DNA of 64,000 nt from Hormiphora californensis. Lineage: Eukaryota; Animalia; Ctenophora. A program made the translations under genes and the position numbers. Every line of letters begins with the position of its first letter. The stretch's first letter is position 1. The stretch is taken from positions 3,906,001-3,970,000 of the forward strand of contig CM035360.1 in assembly GCA_020137815.1 (NCBI GenBank), in the 5' to 3' direction. This document shows positions 63,878-64,000 of the stretch, piece after piece. The notes under the pieces were generated by a model, which worked only from the letters and a program-made list of their open reading frames with translations, made no database searches and was not told where the DNA came from.

Positions 63878-64000
63878 CAGTCGGACCCCGATTTACCGGG
63901 CCCCGATTTAACGGGAGGATAATCTTCCCCCGATATAGGAAATAAACAGTACTTGGCCCCGATATAGCGGACACCCCGATTTAACAGACAAAATCGTTTC
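63878..64000 (+). mobile_element. Tigger-family MITE running off the window end
   Basis: TA|CAGTCGGACCCCGATTTACCGGGCCCCGATTTA, matching the left end of the autonomous element. Confidence 0.85.

Overview
Eukaryotic, intron-containing, (CT)n-rich animal genomic DNA. The style suggests a ctenophore or other early-branching animal, but this is an inference and not verified. 0-13.3 kb: six tightly packed minus-strand genes (three intronless NAPE-PLD-like paralogs, NELF-B, ATP synthase subunit e, BMS1). Five of them have an unpaired splice acceptor 5-31 nt before the ATG, which suggests an SL trans-spliced operon. A complete Tigger/pogo transposon with an intact transposase lies in a BMS1 intron. 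17-20 kb: two-pore K+ channel gene. 20-23.3 kb: two CRE-like REL-endonuclease ORFs without reverse transcriptase, set in a shared inverted-repeat scaffold with telomere-like motifs. 23.5-56.3 kb: a series of plus-strand ATG-bearing exons that all end in phase-2 donors, a candidate variable-first-exon array. A GPCR, a sushi-domain gene and a FLYWCH gene are nested among them. Many MITEs (Tigger, hAT, Kolobok-like) and several low-quality sequence tracts are present. All calls come from manual reading; no database searches were run.
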